Assembly (NCBI GenBank): GCA_022813865.1 | Contig: JALDZX010000001.1 | Span: 248,001-312,000 of the forward strand | Length of the DNA stretch: 64,000 nt | Direction: 5' to 3' | Source of the DNA: Xylographa opegraphella | Taxonomy: Eukaryota | Shown: piece by piece, positions 23,998 through 37,622 of the stretch | Numbering within the stretch: the stretch's first letter is position 1 | Layout: each line of letters opens with the position of its first letter | The notes under the pieces: generated by a model | The model's database searches: none | What the model was told of the DNA's origin: nothing | Seen by the model: only the letters and a program-made list of their open reading frames with translations | Program-made: the position numbers and the translations under genes

Positions 23998-26547
23998 GGC
24001 GAAAATGAATTTCAGCCCACTTTCACCGATGGCCTTCAGACTCAAGCACGAGAGAGCTGGACATGATACTCCAGTGTTGCAGGACGGCACGAGGGAGGAA
24101 GAGAGGGAGACCGGGCAGGAAGGCAGCAAATCTGCCCATCATACCAAGGAATCCAAGCCGGCATCGTGCGTGAGCAAAGCATTGGCATCATCAACTGCCC
24201 GCGCAAGAAAAGGCTTGAAGGGTGATGGGGGACGGCGGTACTTTCCCTTGCTGCGCCAAGGTCGTTGGAGCATTAATTGTCTTGGTACTCTGGGCGCCAA
24301 GGCCAGTCGTGCTCCCACAATCGAAGCCACACTGATGGAGGTGTGGTGGAGAGAGCGTTTCGTGCCTGGCCATACTGCGAGAAGTCTTGAGAGAAGTTTC
24401 GGAGCTCGATGAACAGCATGGCCGGATCCAGAATGAGAAAGACTGGGGGTGGACGTTGCCTTAGCCACTTCGAAGTATGTTATCATTCCTATTATTTATC
24501 ATTCAAGCGATGTTGTGAATGGCTGCCTCATTCGGACCTGGTGACGGGGGGGATCTGGAACATTGGTTGACGATCGCCAAGCTCGCTGCCTAGCGCCTTC
24601 CTTGGCGGCAGTGCTGACAGAGGCGCCAAGATCCACGCGGGAACCGGGACCGTTTTCGCTGACACGCACACCCGACGGGCAGCTGACATGCCGAGGTCGG
24701 AGCACAGCGCAAGACCGGCGTGCGTAATCCGTAATCCGTGCTCCGTAGTTGGCCATCTCCAGAGGCAACGGCAAATTGGGAACGAGAGGCAAGCCACATA
24801 TCTCCATGGATAAGCTGTGTTTATGCCAGTGGAATAAAATGCCTTCTATCGACGGGCTTCATATCACCCCGAAATGAAGTTCCGTTCAAAGGCTCTGTCT
24901 GTCCTGCCTCGTGTTGCAATTGCAGCATGTCTTGCACAGTCCCGTACCCACTACCTAAGCTAACTCTGATAGGAGCCGGCTATACTGCAAGATCCCGAGC
25001 GAAAGGGGTCACGCTACGGAGTCCTGGAAGGGGCATTTCGTGATCCCGACGACAGATCTCGGAGAATGAATGATCCAGGCCCTCACTCGGACCGACGCCT
25101 TTGGTACCTTAGTCTACAGGTTACCTTACCTATGCTCGACTCCCTAGCCGCCTGCCTCATGCGGAGGACTACCTGCCTGAGCAGTGAGCACCATGGCGTA
25201 AGCATCCTCGACAGCAGAGAAAGATCAGGTACCTAGCTACCACCATCCTCCACTGTCGAGGAATCTACCTATACTACGGAGTACGTACCACCCAAACAAC
25301 GTCCACGCTAGGATAGCACAACCCGCGTCCCCTCGCATAGGCCACCCAGCTGCTGAGCTGCATCTCCCACCGAGGGCCACCTCGCACGGACCGCGTCTAT
25401 TGCGCATATATCGTCCGCGACAACCTCACTCTGCCATCGGACGCACATCCCCCCTCCCTTCCCGACTCCCCCACACGCACCAGCCGCACCGCTAGAAAGC
25501 CGCAACCGACCTGGCCTTTCAGAACCCCATCACTTCCACCGCAGCGCCCACTTCTGCACTCTCGCTTGCGAGGGACTACTGTCGAGGGAAGGAGGTCCAT
25601 CCAACGTCCTGCTCGCTCTCTCGATCATCCGTGCAATCTTTGTTGACATGATGGAATCGGGTGTGGCGTCGTCGTCATGTTGGTTCCGGATGATTCGTTC
25701 CCCCACCCGCAAGTGTGAACCGCATGGTTTTCTGGAGGTTCCACGGTCGCCATGTGTAGATATCCCATACGGCCGACGGTTTGCAGCGAGGAGATATTGC
25801 CCTCGTAGTGATTCCTTATATAACCCTTTTGAGGCCTTTCCTCCATGAACCCTCGTGAAAGGAGTCAAAGTCTCGATACTTGATCGTACACCGTCCACCA
25901 CCTTTGCTTTTTCAACGAGCAATTTTGTGCATTTATACAGAGTATCGAGGCGTCTATGCTTCTTTAATTTAGCTTCGAGTTTTCAGCTGACGGAGGAGAA
26001 TAATCGCTGCTGCAACAGGCATTGCCAGAGGCGTGGAAAAGGCACAGCTGGTTTGAATAGGGCCAAGCTTATGATACCGTTGCTTGACCCATGACTGGCG
26101 AGCAGTTAGTTAGGTTTGCACGTCTTCTGTCATGATTCTGAATCTCAGTAGTATAGCTCGACTTAGGGTCAGGGTTGCTTTCGTCAATGAGTAAATCAAA
26201 GATACACAGTAGGCCGATTTAGAAAAACCTGTAACACGAACGTCCTGCTATAATTGTCAGGCAGTGGTGATTTGCATTGAATTCTGTATGGCGTCACAAG
26301 TCAGATGGTTCCCGCCATGAATGGGAATGGGGTGAAGCCACTCCTGGAGGAGAACAACTCGAACACACCTCGAATGGCGCATCGGTGCATCCGCAGTGCT
26401 GTTAGTTTCTTGATTTTGTCACCAAGTATTCCAATATCTTGTACTTGCTTCACAACGCAATACTTTCGGTTGGGAGCCGATTGGTATATATATTGCTTTT
26501 ATACCAGACGGCCTTTCCACCCGTCAGCGGTGTCCCACTCTCTCTGC

Positions 26548-27864
26548 TCACACATCGCGGAACCATTTATGCTCGAGGGCTTCACGCGCGGTGAGCCTTC
26601 TCGCAGGGTCAAAGTTCGTCAGGCCGCCGATGAGATCTTTGAAATCCGAGTCCAGGGGCTGCATGTTCCATAGGACGAACGGCTCACGCGGGTTCTCCTT
26701 GTTAAAGCCGTCGCGAAGCGTTTCCAGCACCTGGCACCAAGGGCTGTCGCCGAGGTGCCTTAACAGCCCATCGAGACTTTCCCGGTCCGCAAAGTACGAA
26801 ATCTGGCGTTCTAGGACATGGGCCAATGCTACCTCACCGTCTGGAAGCGCTTCTTCATCAACATGAAAGATGACGTGCTTCAGCACAGCGTATATACACT
26901 ATTCCACGGTATCAGCAATCATCCGAGTCCCACGCGAATCAAGGCTGAGCATTCTTCAACTTACAACGATGCCAAAGGAGAATATGTCAGAGGGCTTGTT
27001 GACGCGGCCTTCGGCATGAGCTTCCGGGCTACGCCAATTCTGGTTGCCCACTTGTCTTCCCCGAATATTGTTGCCGTTTGGGACATAGGCTGAGTCTTCG
27101 AGATCACCGAGACGGACCTCATCAATGACGATTCCATGACTGGTTTGGCTTCACTGGACCAGAATGTTGTTTGGTTTGATATCTATAGCGTCTTAGCGGT
27201 TTTCATCACGGAAGCCGGGCGTATAAAGAGGTCGGGCTAACCGGTATGGACAATATTTTGATGGTGTAGCTCAGCAAGGCCCCGCAATGCATCTTTCAGA
27301 ATCCGCTTGGTGAGTAGCAGTGGCAAACTCTTTCGGGCCAGAGAAAGCAAATGATCCTTGAGATATTTGTAGACGAACATTGACTTGTCAGGGATCGTGT
27401 CTTGCACGAGACGCAGATAACGACTATTGCCGAGCGCCTGTTGCATATCCTGGTAGTATTGAAAGTCGGCCAGGACGGTCTTCGCTACGAACTTCTGGTT
27501 CCCATACCTGTCACAATGGCTGTCAGCATGTCATCCTGTGCTGGCAACAAAAATTGTTGAACACCCACGTTGCAAGATAGACGTGGGCCGGCGGAACTTC
27601 TTTCGATTAAAGGACTCGCTCGATAACATAGTGGCGGCCGGATTGCCCTATCAGATCCTCATCCGCCTGTATCGTGGATTGCGCTGCATGCTGCGTCAAG
27701 TCGCCCAGCGACCTACTGATAATGTGACGGGCGAGTTTGACAGCAGTATGAAACGGGGTGTAGGCTGACTTCGATGGCCTCGTACGCGGTAATAACCTGT
27801 TCGTAGGCAAACAGGTCGTGTTACAGCAGACAATCAGTAGGGAAGGAACGCGCCGTAGACACAT
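26548..27864 (-). pseudogene. Ser/Thr protein kinase pseudogene (two in-frame nonsense codons)
   Basis: Spliced frame shows VYLAT, FVAK, HTDIKPNNILV, LGDLED, WRSPE, SDIFSFG and DPARRLTAREALEHKW. It is interrupted by TAA at 27607-27609 and TGA at 27151-27153. Confidence 0.85.
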
Positions 27865-28837
27865 GTTGCAGGACCTCTTACAAAGACTACCGAAAGATGC
27901 GCGTCTCAGCTAGCCGTGGTAGCTTTGAAGTCATTTCTAGCATTCAAAGCGCCGTCAACGGCGTATAGCAATGTCGGCAAGATACGTGTCTACTCATTTT
28001 ATCAGGAATCTTGGGTAAAAGGAGGACCGCGGTGGAGTACGTTGACCAAACAACTGGATTCGATACGACCTACAGGCCTTCCTTCGGCAAGTACCACAGT
28101 GGTATACAGTGATGTCGTCGATAAAAACTCCGAGTTATTCAAAACTGAAACAGTCAAGGTTGCAATGAAGTAAAGCTGGAATAAGGATCTGGCTTGAATT
28201 CGTTGATGAGTAAACAGAGAGGCACAGGAGGCAGTCTTGAGGTTCCAAAATTCTAACAATTTTCGTGCTAAATTGTGTTTCAATCACCTGTTATCTATAG
28301 GTAAAATGATCATACAAGTTGAACACGATCACTGTCCAAGAAAGATGCTTTGTTTTATACAGCGTCCTGTCTCTGGTTGCTCCCCAATGGTTGGTTGTTA
28401 CAGGACTACCAGGACCGCCCTATGGTCCAATGCCAAGCAAGAGGAACTACCCATCGGCGCCAAAGGTCCTCAGAGTCTCCGCTGACTCAAAACACCCATT
28501 CACCCCAATACTCCGCGCCATTTTTTTACCCTACACTGCCCCCCGCGCGAGAGCAATCCTTGCGCTGAGGCACGCCTCACGTGCCTATTCAGCCCCGGGG
28601 CTCGCCTAAGAAGTAGTAACCTTCGATTCCTCGCCTAGAGAGGTAGTCTATAGCAACCCCCCCCCGTGCCCGAGGCAAACGGTACGGGAATGGGCCTCGC
28701 CTGCGCACCGCATCCCCACGCCCGATAGGGACCAAGCACTTGCTGGGACGTTTTCGGCAGGCAGGCAGCCTGGACCCGGACCCCAAGTGACACGGGGACC
28801 GTGAGGCCTTGCGCGCAGCGCCAAGGTCAAAGCACCC

Positions 28838-28908
28838 CCATCCCATCCCATCCCATCCCATCCCATCCCATCCCATCCCATCCCATCCCATCCCATCCCA
28901 TCACATCC
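28838..28908 (+). repeat. (CATCC)n pentanucleotide microsatellite
   Basis: About 13 tandem CATCC units; the source of the spurious MGWDG/HPIPS ORFs. Confidence 0.97.
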
Positions 28909-29774
28909 AGACCCTTCCGCATGGCCGCCAAACGCGGCCTGTGCTCCGAGCATCGTGTGTCGAGGGCTGCGAGGACGGGATGCGCTGCCGCCTGTTCTAA
29001 GTAGTCAGTTTCTCCCGTGGGAGGACGAGTTGGTGAAGACAGCTCGTGATAATAGTTCTGGCCGTCTTCATTGTTAGGGTCGTATATCAGTATCAAGAGG
29101 CACTGTAGATTCATCCCCTTAATGCCCCCCCCTTTTCCCCCAAACATGATAACCTTGTCGCCATACAAACCGAGCAGCAAGAACTAGAACCCACAATCCC
29201 CCACACTCGACTATCCGCCCGAAAACCGACCAGCTAGGACTTCGTGGAGCGTAAGTGGAGCACCGACCGTTCGCCCCAACGGGCGAAAAAGGCCCATTCC
29301 CACACGGGGGTAACGGTTCGTTGTAGCAGTTCGTCGTAGCAGAGGGACAGAGGGAGGATTTACATATTACACCACAGACAGCCATGCCCGAGATCCAAAG
29401 CACGGGTTTTCTACGCATCACACCCTGATAGCGCAGACGTCTAGCCCGACCTCTCTCGCGGTGGCATCGACCACTGGTCTGGAGCCGTCACGCACAGGAA
29501 AAACGGTGGTTACCACAGCAGCAAATAATACTATATTCAATACACATCCCCTTCGGATCCACTATCGACGCTCACCCCCGGTCTGCTATGCTTTCACCGG
29601 CAGTTTGCCCCTCCGCGCCCCCCACAACGCGCCCTCTCCCCCTTAAATGGCCCAACGGACCCTCTCACCGGGAGCCAAAAGACAAAAGCCCAAAAAGCCC
29701 ATTGCATCATAAAGACATCAAGGTAAAACACACGAACCAAATGCTGCGAAAGAACTATGCCCAACCAAGGTGTA

Positions 29775-32609
29775 TCAACTAACCGGCTCCACCTTTGTCG
29801 GCCCGTTCATCAGGCTCCGCTGTGGGCTACTCCGCCCGCCCGAGCCGCCCGCTCTCTTATCGTCCTCTGGCTCGTCATTGTAGTCCTCATCCATGTCCAT
29901 CTTCCTCGCCGCAGGCTCGAACGCCTCTCTGCGCTCATCTCGCGGCGGTTCAGCCATGGGTGGCAGATGCTGTTCAGGCTGCGTGTGTAATGCGGGGAGA
30001 ATCTGCGGGTGATGAGCCGCGTCCGAGGGATGATAGTTCTCGTTGGCACGATGCTGATCTTCGCGCCGAAGCTCGGACGAGCTCCGTCGTAATCGCTCGC
30101 GGGGTGATGATGGCCGTTCGGTTGGGGATACCCGGTGATAGTGGTGATCCTCAAGCCTTCCGCGGATGTCACCATTCGCAGGCTTCTTGTTGGGCAATTT
30201 GTAGTCCTCCTCTGTATCAATCACTCGCTTGAACCCTCCCATTGGCCGGTCATCTCGCTCACGAGCTGCAGCAGCCTCCGCGGCAGCCAGTGCAGCTGTA
30301 GGCGGGGGTGCGCCAGCAGCTATGCTTGCAGGCTGCGAAGTGTTCGAATGATGTTGGTACGGCTGGTGTGGGTACCCACCGCCTGGCGACGCTAGTCTAT
30401 CCTCAGTGATTGGCCTGATCTCCGGTGGTGGGCTATTACCCCGGCCGATAGGTGGCATCAAGCCAGGGCCACCCAGGTTGCCATTCGGTGGTGGTGGAGG
30501 TGGCGGGATAGCTGCGCTCGCAGCACCGTAATTCGGGTTTGTGATACGGGTCGGAGGAGCTTGTTGTGCTTGGAGAGGCTGTGGTTGAGGTAAGCCTTGT
30601 TGTAAAGGATACGAGGTAGGCCCCATGTGGTTCATGTTCTGGGGTGGAGGTGAAGGCCGTCGTACAGGAGTATGACGATGTTGTTCTTGGTATCGGATCT
30701 GTTCCACACGTGGACTTGGTTGCCTGGGCTGCGGCGGTGGTCTGATGGCGTCACGAGGGCCATACAAATTAGAGGGCGGTGGCTGAGGGTTATCGATGGC
30801 AGCTAGTCTTCGGTCCCAGTCACCCGCAGGACCAGGTGGAGCAGGTACCTGACCAAGAGGGCCAGGTGCTGGAGCTGGAACTCCCCATTGCACGCCAGGT
30901 GGTCCTGCAACACTGGCAGCCTGGTAGTGTTGCGGGTGTATGTCTTGAGGAACAGGAGCGGAATGATTAGGCATGCCATTAGAGTGCCCATTTCGGAGAA
31001 GCTGTAAGCGTGCCTTGATGTGAACGTTGGTGGGATCCAAGTCCGCTGCCCGTTGATAAGCATCGAGGGCGTCATTTGTCTGGTTACTGCACGATTCGTA
31101 CTGGTGTTGTTTCAGTGAAAAAGTAATTTGGAGAAATTCAATGACAGCAAACATACCAGCGTCCCGAGGTCATACCAGACTTCGGATATGTAAGGATTCA
31201 ACCGAATTGCCCTTGAATACGCGTCTAGTGCATCTCGGTACTGGTTGATTTGATAGTAGAGGACGCCAATTGAGCACCAGAAGGTAGGGTTCCGACCGTC
31301 CCGGTAAACTGCTTGCTGATACGCTTCATACGCTTTCGAGTACTTTTGTTGCGACATGTAGCAGCGGCCCAAAAGGTACCAACTTTGAGCATCGTTGTTG
31401 TCTAGAGCATTATCACTACTAAGCATCCGTCGTAGAGATCAAATCATGCTGGTACTCACCTGAGCTCACTGATTTCTCAAGGTACTCAATTGCTAGCTCC
31501 TGGCTGTGAAAGCTGTTACTCTGCAGATGATGCAGCCATCCTAGCTGTTGTAACACCTTGGCATGATTGGGATCTCGATCAAGGACCCGGCGATATGCAG
31601 ATTTTGCGGAATCGTACTTGTACACCAGTCAGTATATATACGCAACATAGGGAGGCTCGCTCACGTCTTTCTGTTGTTCATGAACGTGCCCAATTTGAAA
31701 CCAAATGTCTTCTTCTGTTAAAGGTCTTGGAGGGTCGTGGACGATATATGTAAAACACTATCAGTAGTATCAGCATTGGAAACATGGGTAACAGGTGATG
31801 ATGCGCGTACCTCGAGACTTTGCCCGAATTTCTGCTGTTGTTTGTATATTATTCCGAGACGGAAATATATTTCATTTGCCTTTTCGAAGTCTGGCTGCAT
31901 GCGCATCACTTGCGAAAAAGCCTCCTCGGCATGCTCCAGCGATCCATAACGGTCGTAAAGGATGCCGATCCCATACCATAGCTTTGGCTCCTAATAAGCT
32001 CACAGATTAGGATGCATTCCTCCGGCTAACGGGACGACTTCATACCTTGGGGTCTCTCAAGTAGTATAATGCCTGCTGATAAGCAGAATAAGCCTGTTGC
32101 AGGTCCTCCATCATTAAATAGCAGTGTCCTTGCTCCGGATTTAGCACAATATAGAAAGCGTCCGTACCCATGAAAACATACCTAGACTTCCCCAGACCTC
32201 GCCGTTGTTCGACTCCAGTTTCACAATTGCTTGTAGATACTCGACAGCTTTGGGGAAATTTTCTTTGGTCCGGAGTATACATGAGATAGCGTTCATCGCA
32301 GGTATGGAGAATTGGTTGTGACGAAGAGCTTGCTCGTAAGCAACAATAGCACCATCGAGGTCACCCATGAGCTCTGTCAGGTTTCCTACCGATATCGTCA
32401 GGCGAGAATCCTCGTCTCTGCAAAAGCTGTCAAGGAAACGTACCAATTTGCAGCCAGACAACTTCATTGAGTTGTGACATGTGCTGTGGAGTTATCGTTG
32501 GTTTCTGTTGCTGTGGCATATGGCCGTTCATTTGAGGATGAGCACCTGGCGGTCCATGATGTGGATGGAGTGCGCCAGGTGGAGAAGGCTGTCGCAGCTG
32601 GCTCGCCAT
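29775..32609 (-). CDS. SSN6: General transcriptional corepressor Ssn6/Cyc8 (TPR repeats)
   Basis: TPRs such as AYEQALRHN, WGSLGHCYLMMEDLQQAYSAYQQAL and AYEAYQQAVYRDGRNPTFWCSIGVLYYQINQYRDALDAYSRAIRLNP, followed by a Pro-rich tail. Eight exons traced. Confidence 0.96.
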
Positions 32610-35600
32610 CGGCGCAGAGCGCTCTCAGGAGAACGGTCCGTTCGAAAGGCAACGGTCGAATCGGCCGCTACGGAGCTGTCGATCGAGCTCTTGCGCCGCC
32701 TATGGTTCCTGATATCGACAGCAGATGAAATGAATTGCAAGGCGGCTGGATCGAAGACAGGCGGTGTCGGCAGGTTGGTGTTCCTATAGATCTGATAGGC
32801 GAAGACCCTCGAGTTGACCCCAGCACCGTTTAGGCCGTCCAAAATTGGCACAAACGAAGTTATTAATCACAATTTACAGTCGAGATGACATGAAATGATG
32901 AGCAGAACAGCGAGAGAATGCGGATGGGGATGGATCGCGAGTTTCAAGAGCACTCGATGGCAGCGTGGAGGACACGCCAGCGGATGGAAGAAGTGAGGGA
33001 GCCAGCTGCCGCGAGAGGAGACGGAGGTGGGATCTCGGGCTGCGGGCTGCGGGTTTCTAGGTGAGAGGAACACCACTAGCGCCTCGAGATGCTAGTGTGG
33101 AAGAGTGCTAGCGTGCCATCATTGAGCTTGACCAGTCAATCGTGGCGTCGAAAGGGTGGGGCCAGGGGGCAGGGGTGCGGGTGCCGTCAGAGCAGTGGCT
33201 CCCCTAGTGCACAGGCGGGAAAAGGATGAGGGTGGCATCGATCCCTGTCCATCCCGTGCACAGTAAGCGGATCCTTCTGCTGGCCTTACCCAGCCGAGCC
33301 AGCCCTGGTCGTTCCAGACTTGCTTCATATACGGAGGTACGGAGGACCACAGCTCCACCGTGTCTGTTATTTAGACGGTACGGAGGTACGCCGTACTGGG
33401 TGAGCTACGCGGGGCGCGGGTATCGCTCTGGTTGCTCGCTCACTACAACACGACGCCATAGGTGCTTGGATGAGAAGGCGGGGAGTAAGAGGTAGAGGTC
33501 GAGGTCGACATGCGACACGGCCGTTGTTCTTCGTGCCTGCCTATCTTATATCATTCCAACGGTGCTGGTCCCGTTACCGCGTGTTCACAAGGTGTCGAGA
33601 GCAGAAAGAGGCGCTTCACGATGCCGGCTGTAGGGTCCTTTCTCCCCACGGGCGGCAGTGAAAGGAAACAAACAATATGATTCTTTGCCATCCCCACTCG
33701 AGGACTCAATGCGCGAATACGGTATGATGTCATGTTCACGATCTTCGTTGCTGTGTTATCGTGAGCCGATCCGTCCTCGGCCATTTCACTTGTTTACACA
33801 AGCTGTTCACTCGTCGTTTCAGCGGTCTGTCCTTCAAGAAGGGAACCTACCGCACCTTGCTCGGCCCTGCTTTAAGGTACTTCTTTACCGCCTGATCCTT
33901 CTCCCGTCAATGGTAGCGAGAGATGAGGTACAGGATAATATTATCCGTCCACTAATCCCGGATTCGACACTGTCAGCCGCCGTCGTGCGCTTTTTAGAAA
34001 TTAGGACGGGTTGTGATTTGCACACCCCGAGCGGGTGAGGATACTTTCTGACTTCATCCTTTCTGGCACAGCAGCCGTTCGGTAGGTTAGACATGGGGGG
34101 CAACACCACCAAATCGCTAGAGGAAGTCTCCGACGTGTCCGCCCAGGGTGGTTTCACCTGCACATTCGGTCACAGCCGCATAAACACACTAACTAGGTAA
34201 GCTGCAGATCGGTTGCCAGCCTCTTTCCGGGTGCTCCAAGTTACAGTCGCCTTCCTTGCGCGGAGGGCGTGGGCGAGCGAATGATTGGCGGTTGCTTTCT
34301 GCTGTACACGACATGGTCATACAACCCGGCGGGCGTGCGAAGAGGGCAGATGGGGCGCTGCGCATATCAGATGCATCTCCGGTGACCGTTCGTTGGGCGA
34401 GAGAAAGCGATCACCCGGGGGCCGCTTGGCACGCTGGACAGGCTCATCCTGACCTCCTCGCGCTGACTGCAGGGTGGCTCACTACTCCTACTGGCAGGGC
34501 ACCATGACACTTCGCCGGTAAGCGCCATCGCTCCACGAGGCAGGAAATTGGGTGTTGCACGACAGGCGTGAACTCCTTGCTTGGGCGCCCGGAGGCCCAC
34601 GTACGGAAGAAGGAGGAGCACACCACCTCAACTTAAATAATGCACTTCGCATCCTCGTCATCTGCCATTCCTTCGGTGTAGTCTGTATAAGTATACACCA
34701 CTGTCGGACCGCTCCAGGAACTTCCACCGCCGGTAGTGTGTTGCGTTATGCTCGTCCTCGGTCCTTATGCGTCAACTATCCCCCCTTCACGTGGCTGGCT
34801 AGCACTGTGGGGTTGCCTTTCCCGCAGCCAGTAGTTTTTTTCAGAATCGCTTGTCTCGCTCCAGAGCTTCAAGCCACGCCCCCATTACGCTTCGTATGGT
34901 GCCTAAACTCGCAGGAAGACGATGAAGTCAAATCGAAATCAGCGACACAAATCCCCGCAGTCCACACATATCTGCACGCTTATTAGACACGCCTTTGGCA
35001 GAATGCGATGCTTGTGCACTGACGTTTGGAAAGCATCCCCGGACCTTACCGCATTTGCATTGCGCCATAGGTAACTATGATCTCCAGCTTTCTTTTAGCA
35101 GACCTATAAGCGCCTACCGACAGTCACATTCGGAATTCTACGAAACCCAAGAAGATGCTGCATTCTCCACGCAGGCGATCCGTTTTGATCTTGGTCGCCA
35201 CCACGCCAGCCACGAAGTACCAAATTGACGGCTTGTTCTTTGTCGGTCTCTTATCTGGTTCGAACCTTTGTACTCTATCGATGTTGAAGTTGAGGCGAAA
35301 GAGATACGACCCCACCAGAACCTGCAAGTCGTACACGAAGCTGTGCCGTGGTGAATAGAACTACTTTCCATGGATATAACATGACGGGGTAGACTACCTT
35401 ATATTCATGTTGATTGTGGAAGAACATTGGATCTGCAGGTCTTAATGTAGAAGGCTACGTTGATAGATATGCCTTGCTTCGCGACACTACTTCGAGCTTG
35501 CAGCTGCTTGAAGAGGGACATCACAGGAAGTAATGAAAATCAAACAAATGAATTCGCAAAGGTCTGTAAGATGTGATTGTGATTGCAAGTGCTCAAATAA

Positions 35601-35744
35601 ATGTTGGTGTACCTCCGTAGTTTCGCCCGAGGCCCGATCCCTCAGCGAGCCCTGTGGCTCGCTTAATTTAGTTTGCCCACACTTAAAAACCGCATCTTCA
35701 GATTTTGGCGTCTGAAATAGACGAAGACAACTGCCAACGCCAAC

Positions 35745-37224
35745 ATGTCACATAGGTAAGTCGCTGCAATTCTGCTGTCCACTTGTACTCCTTCTGCTGG
35801 TGATCTTTTCTCGCAGCTGCCAAGACCACTTCAACCTGTAAGCATTTACCAACTAAAAAACATTGCAGGAAGTTTGAAGCGCCTCGCCATGGCTCTCTGG
35901 CCTTCCTCCCGAGAAAGCGTGCTGCACGCCATCGGGGTCGTGTCAAGAGTTTCCCCAAGGATAACCCAAAGGCGCCTGTTCATCTGTATGTATACCTTTC
36001 TCGGCAATACAGCTTTATCTCTTGGGCTTGCACGACCATGGTGTAAATCTTGCTAACCCCAGCACAGGACGGCCGCCATGGGTTATAAGGCTGGTATGAC
36101 CACTATCGTCCGCGATCTTGACCGTCCTGGTGCAAAGATGCACAAGAAGGAAATTGTCGAGGCCGTCACGGTTATCGAGACTCCTCCTGTAAGCCAAGTC
36201 ATTGTTCAATGAGCATAAGCGCAAGCTAAGTCAATGCTACAGATGGTCGTTGTAGGTCTTGTTGGCTACATCGAGACTCCCCGCGGCCTTCGATCCCTAA
36301 CTACTGTCTGGGCTGAACATCTAAGCGATGAGGTTAAGAGACGGTTCTACAAAAACTGGTACAAGTCAAAGAAGAAAGCTTTCACCAAGTACGCCAAGAA
36401 ACACTCTGAGAACTCCGGGCAATCGATCACTCGCGAGCTCGAACGTATTACCAAATACTGCACTGTCGTCCGAGTGCTCGCCCACACTCAAATTCGGGAA
36501 ACTCCTTTGAAGCAAAAGAAGGCGCACTTGATGGAAATCCAAGTCAATGGCGGTAGTGTGGCAGAAAAGGTTGAGTTCGGCAAAGGACTCTTCGAGAAAA
36601 AGGTCGAGATCGACTCTATTTTCGAGCAGGATGAGATGGTTGATTGCATCGCTGTCACGAAGGGTCATGGTTTCCAGGGTGTCACGAGCAGATGGGGTAC
36701 CAAGAAGCTTCCGAGAAAGACGCACAAGGGATTAAGGAAGGTCGCTTGTATCGGCGCATGGCATCCGTCGCACGTCCAATGGACTGTCGCTCGAGCCGGT
36801 CAAGATGGATACCATCATCGTACTTCAGTGAACCACAAGGTTTACCGTATTGGCAAGGGTACAGAGGAAGGGAATGCCTCTACTGACTTCGACATCTCGA
36901 AGAAGCAGATCACACCGTAAGTACCATTTGCTTTACGACAAATGAAACCGAAGCTGACCTTGCAATAGTATGGGTGGTTTTGTTCGGTATGGTGAGGTCA
37001 AGAACGATTTCGTTGTACTCAAGGGTTCGGTTCCAGGTGTCAAGAAACGTATAATGACACTGCGCAAGTCAATGTTCGTACACACAAGCCGGAAAGCGCT
37101 GGAAAAAGTGGAACTCAAATGGATCGACACATCCTCGAAATTCGGCCATGGTGCGTACCAAACACCGTCGGAAAAGCGTGCTTTCCTTGGCACCCTCAAG
37201 AAAGATCTTGCGGCTGCTTCATAA
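35745..37224 (+). CDS. RPL3: 60S ribosomal protein L3 (uL3)
   Basis: Exons 35745-35755, 35869-35985, 36068-36188, 36243-36916, 36969-37224 give [21 protein letters not shown]...[21 protein letters not shown]...DTSSKFGHG. Confidence 0.98.
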
Positions 37225-37622
37225 TCATTGTGCAGAACTTTGTTATTGGTATGTCTGGAGCATGGGTTGAGATACTAGTGTTGCACCTAGGCTAGAATGA
37301 AAAAAAAAAGCCAAGTGCTTCCCTTGATTGTGCAACTGTCCAGTACCCCGGCGAGGTCATGACAAGAATACGTCGCCAGTGAATTCCTCTTAACCAGTTT
37401 TCGGTATGATACTTTGAGGTCCAAGTGAAGCAGATGCCCATTATCGACAGTGGATTGCGCACCCTTGCCCCTAGCTTAACCTTAGTGCGTCATCGTCTTT
37501 CCCAGCCAAGCTGCCTTTACCTCAGAGTTAGGAATAGAAATACAGTAACCGCAGGCTCTGGATCGCACCGAAACTTATCACAGCGTGAAATCCCCCCAGT
37601 TGCCCGCAATCGAAAGTGCGCA

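Noticed and set aside
27151..27153. In-frame TGA in the kinase read as selenocysteine or recoding
   Set aside because: The position fits Trp rather than Cys, a second TAA stop is present upstream, and Dikarya lack the Sec machinery.
28589..29180. ORFs with MGWDG / HPIPS peptide repeats
   Set aside because: Translation artefacts of the (CATCC)n microsatellite.
32900..35700. Short ORFs in the SSN6-RPL3 divergent intergenic region (also 38300-39400)
   Set aside because: No recognisable domains or consistent exon structure; probably promoter/UTR sequence.
35817..35868. 21-nt cassette exon or twin intron inside RPL3 intron 1 (internal GTAAGC at 35838)
   Set aside because: The downstream intron would be only 31 nt, below the usual fungal minimum.
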